Assembly (NCBI RefSeq): GCF_001194135.2
Contig: NC_068990.1
Span: 78,015,583-78,079,582 of the forward strand
Direction of reading: 5' to 3'
Source: Octopus bimaculoides
Lineage: Eukaryota
Length of the DNA: 64,000 nucleotides
Part shown: piece by piece, positions 11,525 through 24,002 of the stretch
Layout of the letters: every line of letters begins with the position of its first letter
Numbering within the stretch: the stretch's first letter is position 1
Translations under genes and position numbers: made by a program
Notes under the pieces: model-generated
Databases searched by the model: none
Seen by the model: only the letters and a program-made list of their open reading frames with translations
What the model was told of the DNA's origin: nothing

Positions 11525-11988
11525 CAGTGCTTCTCAACCATTTCTTACCCATGGATCCCCTTCGATTTCTGTTTTACATGGGTGGACCCTCAAAACCATT
11601 TGATGTTTGAAAAATTTCCCATTAGATTCTTATAATTAAATACTTGTACCAGTGCCACTTAACAGTACTCACGCCAACATCACTAAAATCACCCAGCACA
11701 CACTTTAAAGTGGTTGGTGTTAGGGAGGGTATCCAGCTATAGCAGCCAGGCCAAATCAGACTGGAACCTGGCATAGTTCTCTGGCTTACCAGCTCTGGTC
11801 AAACCATTCAACCCATTCCAGGAAGGAAAACAGACCTTAAGGAATGACAATAAACGGGAATTTTATTAAAAATGGTCAAAATTTTTATATATTGTAGAAA
11901 AATAACTAATTTATTGCTCATAAACTTTAGCAACAAAATCATATATGGACCCCACCAAGGGTCATGTGGACCCCATTGAGAGCCACTG
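11525..11988. mobile_element. hAT-Charlie-like MITE with a nested family-E insertion
   Basis: TIRs cagtgcttctcaa / ttgagagccactg; flanks gagttgat / gagtaaat (6/8). Family-E sequence occupies about 11645-11850. Confidence 0.75.
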
Positions 11989-13289
11989 GAGTAAATGATA
12001 ACTGTAGTTTAAAGATACGGCCTGGTTCTGTCTGAGAATTATGTTAAGGGGTATAAATGTCTGTGTAATATTCAGCCATTTATTCACTAATTCTAGGAGC
12101 AGATAGTTCAACTAATGGTGAGCCATTATTGTGGCTGAACCAATGAATTTGTAGCAGTTTTATGTGTGTAATCAATATATCTATTTTATTGTTGTTGTTG
12201 CTCTTGTTATTGTCTTGTCCTAGGTCAATCCTAATTTAGCAAATCTATAATCAAAAGCATTCATTACTATAAGTAGCATAATGAAATATCATTGGCTCCT
12301 ACTTTACCTCTCTGATTCCAGATGCCCTAGCCATCCCCTTTCATTCTTCTTACTCACTGACCTTCTCATATTCATCCTCTGTCAACCTTCACCTCCAACC
12401 ATTGCCTGCATCGTATCATTCTTTCACCTCATTTCCTTGTTGCGTACAACCAAAGCAACAATACTACTTTCTACCTCCCTCTCTTCTCATTTATCAGATG
12501 TGCAACAAGATCTCTCATGATGTTAGATCGTTGACTTGTCATGGCATCTGAGCTGAAAAATCAAGCTCTTTCTCAAACTCTCCTTTGGTCTATGATCATT
12601 CTATCCATTTGTACATCTAGGACCACACTGTAAAATTTGTTAGTGTGATTTGAAGAAAATGTAGCTACTCTTTCTAGCAGACTGAGTGACCATGTAGAAG
12701 TTCCCTAGTCTGTTTAGTAGATAGCATTGGTTCAAAATGTTGTGGTGATGTGTTGATGATCAAAAAGGATGTTTGTTATCTCATGAAGTCTTAGAAACAT
12801 TCTCCAGTAAGGATGACAACAGTACCAAACTGCAGTTACCACACAAATCAGAATACACAAATAACCCCTCATCCTTTCCATGTTCTTTCTTATGAACAAT
12901 CATCATCCTCATCATCATCATCATTATTATCATCGTTTAACGTCCGTTTTCCATGCTGGCATGGGTTGGACGGTTTGACTGGGGACTGGCAAGCTAGGAG
13001 GCCGCACCAGGCTCCAATCTGCTCTGGCAATGTTTCTACAGCTGGATGCCTTTCCTAACGCCAACCACTCTGAGAGTGTAGTGGGTGCTTTTTACATGCC
13101 ACTGACACAGAAGCCAGTCAAGTGGCGCTGGCATCAGCCATATTCAGATGGTGCTTCGAACAATATGTGACTAAAACTCTTCATACCTTTACAGATGCTA
13201 GGTTTTACCATCTATGATAAGCATTTGTAGAGATCCCGTGTCTATAACATTTCCCAAATTGCTTTTCCATCCATATTTGTTACTCAGTA

Positions 13290-13610
13290 TTCCTGGAAGA
13301 ATTGTGGGGATAGAGTCTTCAGACACTTCCTACATAAGGGTCCAATCAGAAGCAACTGTCATTAGACTTTCCAGCTGAGTTCCTCCATATGACTTACTGA
13401 GACTATGGATGTTATCTAACCATCTCAACCTTGGTCTACCCCTAAATCTCCTATAGATGGCTTGGCTTGATTCTTACCATTCATTCCTGTGACATTCTAA
13501 TCACATGTCCATAATGTCAGAGCTGTGACTTCTCAATGCAAGGAAGTAACATCTCATTTCGGAGAGGATTCCTGATATCCAAGCTATGCAGCCTGTTGAA
13601 TAATATTGCC
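13290..13610 (-). mobile_element. Degenerate RTE-like LINE 3' fragment
   Basis: Minus-strand IEKSQL*HYGHVIRMSQE resembles IERSQLRWYGHV.RM; multiple stops. Confidence 0.6.
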
Positions 13611-13616
13611 CCAGAG

Positions 13617-13992
13617 TAGTGCTTCCCAACTTATTTTCCCCTGGGCATCACTATAACTTTCCAGAAAAATGTATGCCCCACTGGCAGTTGGAAAAAAAAC
13701 AACTTTATATTTAATGTTTCATAATAGTATATTTTTCCTTTACAAAATATCTACACTAAGGCATTAGAATAGTACTATACTATAGTAAACGGTCTTCATA
13801 CAGTATGCTTAGCTGGAGAGAATGGTTTGGCTTGGCTGAGTATAGGTTTAGCATATTTGCTGTGAAACATAGATTTTCATAATTCCATCCCTCCCACACA
13901 CACTCCCCCTCAAAAAAATTTGGATCCCATGCCCCAACACAATTTTCCCAGGCCTCAACAGTGGGGCATATACCCCACATTGGGAATCACTG
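13617..13992. mobile_element. hAT MITE with an 8-bp TSD
   Basis: TIRs tagtgcttcccaa / ttgggaatcactg; flanks ccccagag / ctccagag (7/8). Confidence 0.8.
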
Positions 13993-14572
13993 CTCCAGAG
14001 ATCCAGAGAGCAATGAGTGTGCCTACATATATAGTTGTATAAATGAAATAAATGGAAGAAGCAGTGAAACACTACAGCTGTTTCAGAAAGGTTACTGGGT
14101 GCATATTTAGTTCAATAAAAAATATTTCATGCCTATCTGGTGTCCTTTCTCAATGGATGCATGCTGCTAATTCAATACAAAATTCGCTTGAAATTTCTCT
14201 TGATAGCTTTGCAGCCTGCAATATTTGAATCACAGATGACTTTTCCTGCTTGATTACTACATTCTTCTCCAAAATGGTGTCCCTTAGCATTTATCCAAAG
14301 AAGATATTCGTTTGCTTTTAACGGGGCTTGCAGAAGTTTTAGTGGGTAGAATTCATTAAATGAAAGTGGAATAATCTCATTATACCAGCAAGACTGATTT
14401 TGTAGGTGCATGCATAGCTGTGTGGTAAGAAGCTTGCTTCCCAACAACATGGTCTTGGATTCAGTCCTACTGCATGGTATCTTTGCTCCAGGCTGAGCAA
14501 AGCCTTGTGAGTGGATTTTTGTAATTGAAAACTAAAAGAAACTCATTATGTATCTCTGTGTATATGTCTATG

Positions 14573-14610
<38 letters not shown>

Positions 14611-15753
14611 GGTTCATAGCTCAGTGGTTAGAACATCAGGCTCACAACCATGAGATAATGAATTCGATTCCTGGACCAGACTGTGTGTGTTGTGTTCTTG
14701 AGAAAGACACTCAGCTGCAGAAATGAATTGCAATGTCGCTGGTGCCAAGCTGTATCGGCCTTTGCATTTCCCTTGGGTAACATCGGTTGCAGGAAGAGGG
14801 GAGGTTGATATGCATGGGTCACTGTTGATCTTCCATAAACAACCTTACCCAGAATTATGCCTCTGAGGGGAACTTTCTAGGTGCAATTCTATGGTTATTC
14901 ATGACCAAAGGGGTTCTTTACCCTTTACCCTTTATTTGTGTGTGTGTGTGTGTNNNNNNNNNNNNNNNNNNNNNNNNNNNNNNNNNNNNNNNNNNNNNNN
15001 NNNNNNNNNNNNNNNNNNNNNNNNNNNNNNNNNNNNNNNNNNNNNNNNNNNNNNNNNNNNNNNNNNNNNNNNNNNNNNNNNNNNNNNNNNNNNNNNNNNN
15101 NNNNNNNNNNNNNNNNNNNNNNNNNNNNNNNNNNNNNNNNNNNNNNNNNNNNNNNNNNNNNNGTGTTACTACCTCCTTGCTTTGGCTTCATGTGAAAAGA
15201 TGTCTGGTCACAGAGAGTATCGCCTTACTTGAAAATAGGTGAGGATTAGTGACAGCAAAGGCACCTGACTGTAAAAAAAAAAATCTGTCTCAGCAAATTC
15301 TGTCCAATCCATGCAAGCATGGAAAAGGATGTTATGTATGTTTATATATATATATATATATATATCTTTTATCTTCTACATGTTTCAGTCATTGGATGGT
15401 GGCCATGCTGGAGCATCACATTGAAGATCGACTCAAGTACTCGTTTTCTTTTAAGCCCAGTACTAATTCTATTGGTCTCTTTTGCCAAACTGTTAAGCTA
15501 CAAAGACATAAACAAACAACAAACACTGGTTGTCAACCAGTGGGTGAGAAAACAAACACAAACACAAGAACATACACATATACACACATACATGACTATA
15601 TGTGTGACTAAGGGAGCTGAAGTGCCTACATTGCATATATATATATATATATATATATATGATTACATTTAGGTATTTGTGCATATGTGAATGTACTTGC
15701 ATCATGTTAATGTATCTAAATGTCTCTTTAAAGTATGAGTATATGCTTATATA

Positions 15754-16170
15754 GTAATGTTTATACGCCAACATAAAGTGGCAGTCCTATAAAGGACGAT
15801 GTTACTGTTGTTTTAACCCCAAGAAAATATCTTTTCTAACTAGCTATCGACACAGTTTGTATCCATATATGGTATTTGCAAAGGAGGTCACCGCTCCCAT
15901 CTCTAGCCTTATGTGATACTCACAGACCTAGGTTTCTGGATGTTATCTGTCCTCAGTGTGAGACAATCACCAGCTAGTGACAAAAGCTATCTTCACTCAC
16001 AAATACTAAGTCTGTGAGTATCACGTAAGGCTAGAGATGGCAGCTATGCTTTTTATATGGACATAAACTGTGCGACAATAACCAGCTGGAAAAGGTGTTT
16101 TCCTGGGCTAAAACAACAGTAACATCGTCCTTTATAGGACTGCCATGTTATGTTGACATATAAACATTAC
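15754..16170. mobile_element. Fold-back MITE with about 180-bp inverted arms, TA-flanked
   Basis: The arms share an identical stretch tggcagtcctataaaggacgatgttactgttgtttta and ccatctctagcctta(t/c)gtgatactcacagac. Termini are TA|GTAATG...CATTAC|TA. Confidence 0.85.
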
Positions 16171-16555
16171 TATTCAGGAGTTACTGTATTTCTCTCGCTC
16201 AGAGATTTAAAACATGTATGTATATATGTATATATGTATGTATGTATGTATGTGTATATATATATATATCATCATCATCATCATCATCATCGTTTAACGT
16301 CCGCTTTCCATGCTAGCATGGGTTGGACGATTTGACTGAGGACTGGTGAAACCGGATGGCAACACCAGGCTCATATATATATATATATATATATATAAGC
16401 AATGTTAATTCTCTAAATGAAGTATTAACAGTAACTGCACGATAAAGNNNNNNNNNNNNNNNNNNNNNNNNNNNNNNNNNNNNNNNNNNNNNNNNNNNNN
16501 NNNNNNNNNNNNNNNNNNNNNNNNNNNNNNNNNNNNNNNNNNNNNNNNNNNNNNN

Positions 16556-16608
<53 letters not shown>

Positions 16609-16867
16609 CATATATATATAAGTATGAATATGTGTCTGTGTCTGTGTGTACATGCATATGTTAGTGTATGTGTGCATTTTTACATGTGCATTCTGAATGC
16701 GCATACATCACAGCACATACATTTTCTTTCCAGAGGACTCAAATCCCAAATCTTAAGAATGTCTTACAAAGCTTATACATCTATGCATGCATACAGATTT
16801 GTTTGTATATATATATATTATGTATGTATTTATATGTCTATGTCTCTGTTGTTCTCTTTCATGCCAG

Positions 16868-17066
16868 GATACGATGACAATGGTGCTGAACCACCTGAAG
16901 AAGGTTGCCAGCAAAAGTGATTTAAACAAGATGACCCCCGAGAATGTGGCTGTCTGTTTCGGACCCGTGCTACTGTGTCCATCCCCGTCGACATCAGCTG
17001 ACTTAGACTTCAGGAAACATATCGATGTACTTAAATACTTGCTTGAAATATGGCCAGATGACTTCA
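16868..17066 (+). CDS. SYDE: Internal coding exon: C-terminal part of the RhoGAP domain of a Syd-1/RhoGAP100F/SYDE-family protein
   Basis: Acceptor tctctgttgttctctttcatgccAG|GAT (phase 0) and donor TTCA|GTAAGT (phase 1). Translation [66 protein letters not shown] carries the RhoGAP motif NKM..N.A..FGP.L. The AVCFGPVLL and DF.KHI.VL.YLL..WP motifs match SYDE/Syd-1 proteins as I recall them. Upstream exons are not visible (outside the window or in gaps). Confidence 0.9.
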
Positions 17067-18686
17067 GTAAGTTGGCAGCACACTCTTCTTTTTCCCCATT
17101 TTGTTGTTACCGCAGGTGATGTGGCTGCTGCTGCTACTACAGCAGCTGTTGCCAATGTTGTTGTTGTTATCATGATGTAGCCTCACATCATCCTTGATCA
17201 AGCTATTCTATCATCAAAGACTTTCTAACTGTTACTATCCTGTCTTTCTTTTTTTAAGGTAACGTATATATATAAAACTACATTATCTTATGTTTATTTC
17301 TTACTTCAAGAAAAGGTATGATATCAGTTGAGGGCAACTTGATTGCTATTTCTACACAGGTCAAACAAATATGTGGCAGCCACTTCATTGGCTTATTGGC
17401 TTGTTGATTATGTTGTTATTTCTCTAATTACTGTTACAGTTGCTATTGAATTAATGATGTAATGTTGCGGTGGTTAATGAATAAAAACTTTGAACCAAAG
17501 TTTTGTAATACATGGTGGAATTTATTTAACCTAATGTGTGTTTAAAACCCTCTAGCCTTTAGACCAACCATATCTGGCCCGAATATTCTATCTGTTTTAT
17601 GTTTAAACCTGCTAGATCTGGTCTCTCACACTTACCCTACAATGTCAATCTAAGAATACAATAATCGCATCATTGAAATCTCAAGGCTACGAAATCGAAA
17701 TTGCGATCCTACAACCGTGAGTCCGCTGCCCTAACCACTGGGCCATTGCGCATCCACCATCAAAATGCAACAGTATTTAATTATGCCATTTTACAGTTTG
17801 AGTTCAAGCCCAGCCTTCTCTCTATTCTCTAACTGTATATCTTTTCTCAACTCATAATATTTGAGGCTTTATGCCTTAAAAACTAATATCATTATAGTGG
17901 AAAGTCAATGGCATAAAGAGTTTTAGCCCACATATAGTTGCTCGATCTGCATGAAATAACTGCCAAATCTCTCAACTTAAATCCTACCATGAACAACACT
18001 TTTAATGATGTAGTGTCCCTGATGCATAGTCTGGGATAGTAACATACGGAATGCTTAAGATGGCAAGTTGGCAGAATTGTTAGCTTGCCAGGCAAAATGC
18101 TTAGCAGCATTTCATCCATCCTTACGTACCGAGTTCAAATTCTGCCAAAGCCAACTTTGCCTTTCATCCTCTTGGGGTCAATAAAATAAGTACCAGTCGA
18201 GTACTGAGGGTTGATGTAATCGACTTAGCCCTTTCTCCGAAATTGCAGGATTTGTGTGAAAATTTAAAACCAATATCTGGAATTCTTTGAATATGGTCTG
18301 CTTGATCTGAGTTGACCTGGGATACCTTGGGTTAAACAATAGCAATAGCCAACACAAATCCGAAGGACGGGAGCAAGACAGAAGCTGCACAGTAGGCATA
18401 ATGCTTCTCAGTACGTAATACTTCTCTACATTCAGAGTTCAAATCTTGCAAGGATTAGCTTTGACATTAACTCTCAGGAGAAATGCCAAACCAATGAAGA
18501 ACTAATCATAAATTGTTTACGCTCCAACTTGAGCAAAAATTCAATGAAATCCCAAATCCAAGGAATCCAGTGACAGTCTGCATTAGCAATAAAGAATTCA
18601 AAGGAAATAGTAACACCAATAACTTTTATATTATATTATACCATATTTATTTATATTATATTCATTTTTATTCTTATTCTTATTAT

Positions 18687-18688
<2 letters not shown>

Positions 18689-18757
<69 letters not shown>
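18689..18757. repeat. (AGT)n microsatellite
   Basis: Directly visible. Confidence 0.95.
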
Positions 18758-18761
<4 letters not shown>

Positions 18762-19246
18762 TAGTGGGGGGGGGGACAGTGCAGTTTATATTCAACATCA
18801 GTAGTTTAGAAATGTGTATCTTCTTTTACTCATTGGACTGTGGCCATTCTGGAGCACACTGCCTTCAGGGGCTTTAGTTGGACAAATCTACGCCAGTACA
18901 TATTTTTAAGCCTGGTCCTTATTCTATCGATCTATTGGTGAATTAAGTAACAGGGATGTAAACAAGCCAACATCAGTTATTAAGTGGTAAAGGGGACAAG
19001 ACAGACACAAACACACACATAATCATCATCATCATCATCGTCGTCCTTTAACGTCCATTTTTCATGCTAGCATGGGTTAGATGGTTTGACAGGAGCACCA
19101 CCTTTAGTCAAGTAAATCGACCCCAGGACTTATTCTTTGTAAGCCTAGTACTTATTCTCTGAGTCTCTTTTGCTGAACCACTAAGTTACAGAGACATAAA
19201 CACACCAGCATTGGTTGTCAAGCAATGGTGGAGGAACAAACACACA

Positions 19247-19290
<44 letters not shown>

Positions 19291-20458
19291 CATATATATA
19301 TATATATAAAACGGGCTTCTTTCAGTTTCTGTCTACTAAATCCACTCACAAAGCTTTGGTTGGCCCGAGGCTATAGTAGAAGACACTTGCTCAAGGTGCC
19401 ATGCAGTGGGACTGAACCCAGAACCATGTGGTTGGTAAGCAAACTACTTACCACACAGCCACTCCTGCATGTGTATGTTTGTATATAATCAAGCAGAAAG
19501 TCTACATCAATTTGGAAAAAATATTATGATGATTGCAAATACTAACTAGACTCAATGTTGCTTAACTTCAGGAATCAAACAAGAACTGNNNNNNNNNNTA
19601 CTGGTGTTGGTGCCATGTAAAAAGGCACCTGGTACACTCTGTAGGGTTGTTAGTATTAGTAAGGGTGCCCAGCCATAGAAACCATGCCAAAATAGACAAT
19701 GAAGTCTAGTGCAGCCCTGGCCTTACCAGTTCTTGTCAAACTATCCAACCCATGCCAGCATGGAAAACAGACATTAAAGATGGTGATGATGATGATGATG
19801 ATGATGATGATATATACGTTTGTACCTGCATACACATGTCATGTATGTCTATGTGTGTGCATACATGTGTATATATATATACATATATATATATGTATAT
19901 ATATGTATATATATGTATGTATATACACACACACACACACACACACATATATACACAAATATTTGATGCACAGTGATATTTAAATACATACATAACTAAA
20001 CTGCTTCTTACTAGAGAAACTTTCAATACAAATGCTTGTATGCATGTATATGTATTCATATGTAAGAATGTATGTATGTATCTATGTTTTTGTATATTTT
20101 GTGCATGACAGATGTATTTATCAGTTGTTTTGTGTCTGTGCTTCCTTGCACGAGTGTGTGTGTGTGAGTGTATACATAAAATGTATGTAGGTGCTTATGA
20201 GAAAGCCGCAATATTTAATCAATTATACTTAACGTATCGATTAGGCTCCAGAGTTCAACTAATGTGTTTGATCACACATTGTATGTGTGATTATGGTCTG
20301 CATGCAAGCATGCATACATACATATATGCACATGTGTATATGTATATATGTGTATATATATGTGTGTGTGTGTGTGTGTATGTATTCATATTTATATATA
20401 TATGTGTGTGAATGTATGTATATATATATATGCGTGTGTGTATATGCATATAAATATA

Positions 20459-20532
<74 letters not shown>

Positions 20533-20674
20533 NNNNNNNNNNNNNNNNNNNNNNNNNNNNNNNNNNNNNNNNNNNNNNNNNNNNNNNNNNNNNNNNNNNN
20601 NNNNNNNNNNNNNNNNNNNNNNNNNNNNNNNNNNNNNNNNNNNNNNNNNNNNNNNNNNNNNNNNNNNNNNNNNN

Positions 20675-20721
<47 letters not shown>

Positions 20722-23674
20722 CATGTACACATGTATTTCAGACATGTGTGTGCATGTGGCATGTGTGTGTGTGCATGTGTGTGGATAGAGGAATATACAT
20801 GTATGCATAATCAGTTTGAATCTTTGGTAAAATGGCATTAAGTGTAAAGAAAGTCATTTTAAGATGGAAATGTTTGATAAAAACAACAAGAGAAAAATCG
20901 CTTGTCTGCTTCTCAACACTTACATAAGACAAAATAAAAAGCAAAAACAATCTGCAACTTCCACGTAATAGTAGTTTTGTCTAAGCCTCGCTTCAATCTG
21001 ATTACAGAATTGCTAAAGCAAAGCTGTAGGAGAAATGCGATTTCTGTCATGCAAAACCAGTTAAAAGACAAGTGTGGAGAAGGATTATGAGTACTAAGCA
21101 GTTGTAGACCTTGAAAGCAATTCGTGTCTGAAGAAGCAAGAGTCAAAATTTTGACTCAAGGGAAGCTTTCAAAGCTATCAAAAGTCTGATCTTTGCTGAA
21201 GAGAAAATCAGATCACATGATCGAGAGGGTTAGAGTTTTAAGGTATTTACAGGCTAATTTCTGTTCAACTTGATCATTTGCTCACACAGTAGAAGTTTAG
21301 GACTATCTAAAACTGATCTTTACTGAAGGTGCTGGTCACTTACTCAAAGTGTAGAGTTTTAAGATATCTAAAGAAATATCTCTGTTGAGCAGAAAATAAT
21401 TATTCTGTCTGAAAGTCAGTATTTTGAAAATTTGTTAACACTTAAAACACCGAGAGACCTCAGACCACCTTTAACTCTTTGATCAGAAACTTCATGTTTT
21501 AAAGTGTTTATAGGTGCAGGTATGACTGTATGGTTGAGAAGCTCAATTTGCAACCATGTGGTTTTGAGTTCAGTCCCATTTCGCAACATCTTGTGCAAGT
21601 GTCTTCTATTATAGCTCCAAGCCAACCAGTGCTTATAACTGAACTTGGTAGCTGAAAACTGTGTGGAATCTCTTTATACATATATATTACGTATGCATGT
21701 ATGTTTGTGTGTATGTGTATATGTGTGTTTGTATGTGTGGTGTGTGTCTCCTCACCATCACTTGACAACTGGTGTTGGTCTTTTTACATCCCCATAACTT
21801 AGTAGTTGAGAAAAAGAAACCAATAGAACAAACACCAGACTTTAAAAAAATAAGTAGTGCCCCAGCATGATCATAGTCCAATGAGTGAAACAAATACCTA
21901 AAGATACAAAATACCGAAAGTAAAACTTCCATCATAACGTTATGCAAGAACCCTTTGTTCAGATAGTTATTCTTTCTAAATTCTCTAAAATTCTTGATTA
22001 TTTGCCAAATTAATTGAAATGATTCATTAGAAATATGGCCATAAAAGGATTAAGAAAAACGTCTGCCAAATTTGAAAAAACATCAGCTAAACAGCACTGA
22101 GTTTCAAAATTATGTAAAATACAAATCAAGACTTAGCTGAATAGCTAATCTCTGACTCAAACTGGGCTGAGTCTAAGATTATTAAAAACCTCCTATCTGT
22201 AGAAATTGAGAACAACAGTTCATTATACGATCAAATAATAGAAAGCAATTTGCATATTTAACATGGCATAAATATTTAGAGAGAGACATAAAAAAAAAAT
22301 GTAATTGCACCCTCATAACCATTTGGGTCAGAAGTGAAGATACATGAAATAGCTCTGATCAAAGTCATGAATGGATAGAGTGAATGAAAGAATATGGTGA
22401 TAAAAAAAATGGGTGAAATTGTATAGAAACTGCATGGAAATTTCTCTTATACAGAGAACAATTGCATGTAAAAAAACAGCAGATATAAGGCAGCAGAATA
22501 TATGTGTGTGTGTGTGTGAGAGAGAGAGAGTCTCTCTCTCCTTCTATATATATATATATATATATATTGACCGTTGACTGAACACTATTCAATTTTTTTT
22601 CTCCGTGTTTTTCTCCTTGTCTCCGTATTCTTTCTGTTGAAGAGCGTAGCTCGAAACGTCAAAGACTTTCCGTATTCCCGAGCGTCATACTAATATATAC
22701 TTTTNNNNNNNNNNNNNNNNNNNNNNNNNNNNNNNNNNNNNNNNNNNNNNNNNNNNNNNNNNNNNNNNNNNNNNNNNNNNNNNNNNNNNNNNNNNNNNNN
22801 NNNNNNNNNNNNNNNNNNNNNNNNNNNNNNNNNNNNNNNNNNNNNNNNNNNNNNNNNNNNNNNNNNNNNNNNNNNNNNNNNNNNNNNNNNNNNNNNNNNN
22901 NNNNNNNNNNNNNNNNNNNNNNNNNNNNNNNNNNNNNNNNNNNNNNNNNNNNNNNNNNNNNNNNNNNNNNNNNNNNNNNNNNNNNNNNNNNNNNNNNNNN
23001 NNNNNNNNNNNNNNNNNNNNNNNNNNNNNNNNNNNNNNNNNNNNNNNNNNNNNNNNNNNNNNNNNNNNNNNNNNNNNNNNNNNNNNNNNNNNNNNNNNNN
23101 NNNNNNNNNNNNNNNNNNNNNNNNNNNNNNNNNNNNNNNNNNNNNNNNNNNNNNNNNNNNNNNNNNNNNNNNNNNNNNNNNNNNNNNNNNNNNNNNNNNN
23201 NNNNNNNNNNNNNNNNNNNNNNNNNNNNNNNNNNNNNNNNNNNNNNNNNNNNNNNNNNNNNNNNNNNNNNNNNNNNNNNNNNNNNNNNNNNNNNNNNNNN
23301 NNNNNNNNNNNNNNNNNNNNNNNNNNNNNNNNNNNNNNNNNNNNNNNNNNNNNNNNNNNNNNNNNNNNNNNNNNNNNNNNNNNNNNNNNNNNNNNNNNNN
23401 NNNNNNNNNNNNNNNNNNNNNNNNNNNNNNNNNNNNNNNNNNNNNNNNNNNNNNNNNNNNNNNNNNNNNNNNNNNNNNNNNNNNNNNNNNNNNNNNNNNN
23501 NNNNNNNNNNNNNNNNNNNNNNNNNNNNNNNNNNNNNNNNNNNNNNNNNNNNNNNNNNNNNNNNNNNNNNNNNNNNNNNNNNNNNNNNNNNNNNNNNNNN
23601 NNNNNNNNNNNNNNNNNNNNNNNNNNNNNNNNNNNNNNNNNNNNNNNNNNNNNNNNNNNNNNNNNNNNNNNNNT

Positions 23675-23806
23675 TATTCTTTGTAAGCCTAGTACTTATT
23701 CTATCGGTCTCTTTTGTCAAACCGCTAAGTTACGGGGACGTAAACACACCAGCATCGGTTGTCAAGCGATGTTGGGGGGACAAACACAGACACACGAACA
23801 ACACAC

Positions 23807-23839
<33 letters not shown>

Positions 23840-24002
23840 CGACGGGCTTCTTTCAGTTTCCGTCTACCAAATCCACTCACAAGGCTTTGGTCGGCCCGAG
23901 GCTATAGTAGAAGACACTTACCCAAGGTGCCACACAGCGGGACTGAACTCGGAACCATGTAGTTGGTAAGCAAGCTACTTACCACACAGCCACTCCTGCG
24001 CC
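23675..24002 (-). mobile_element. Young family AB SINE copy
   Basis: Intact head GGCGCAGGAGTGGCTGTGTGG, retained CpGs, internal (CA)/(TA) linker; the 3' end is lost in the gap. Confidence 0.9.

Noticed and set aside
14100-14400. Possible transposase fragment (92-aa minus ORF)
   Set aside because: No recognisable motif, and the ORF start comes from an adjacent SINE.
21120-21370. 18-bp palindrome gagtcaaaattttgactc and repeated ctgaag / tagagttttaag motifs
   Set aside because: Too degenerate to define units or a ribozyme fold.
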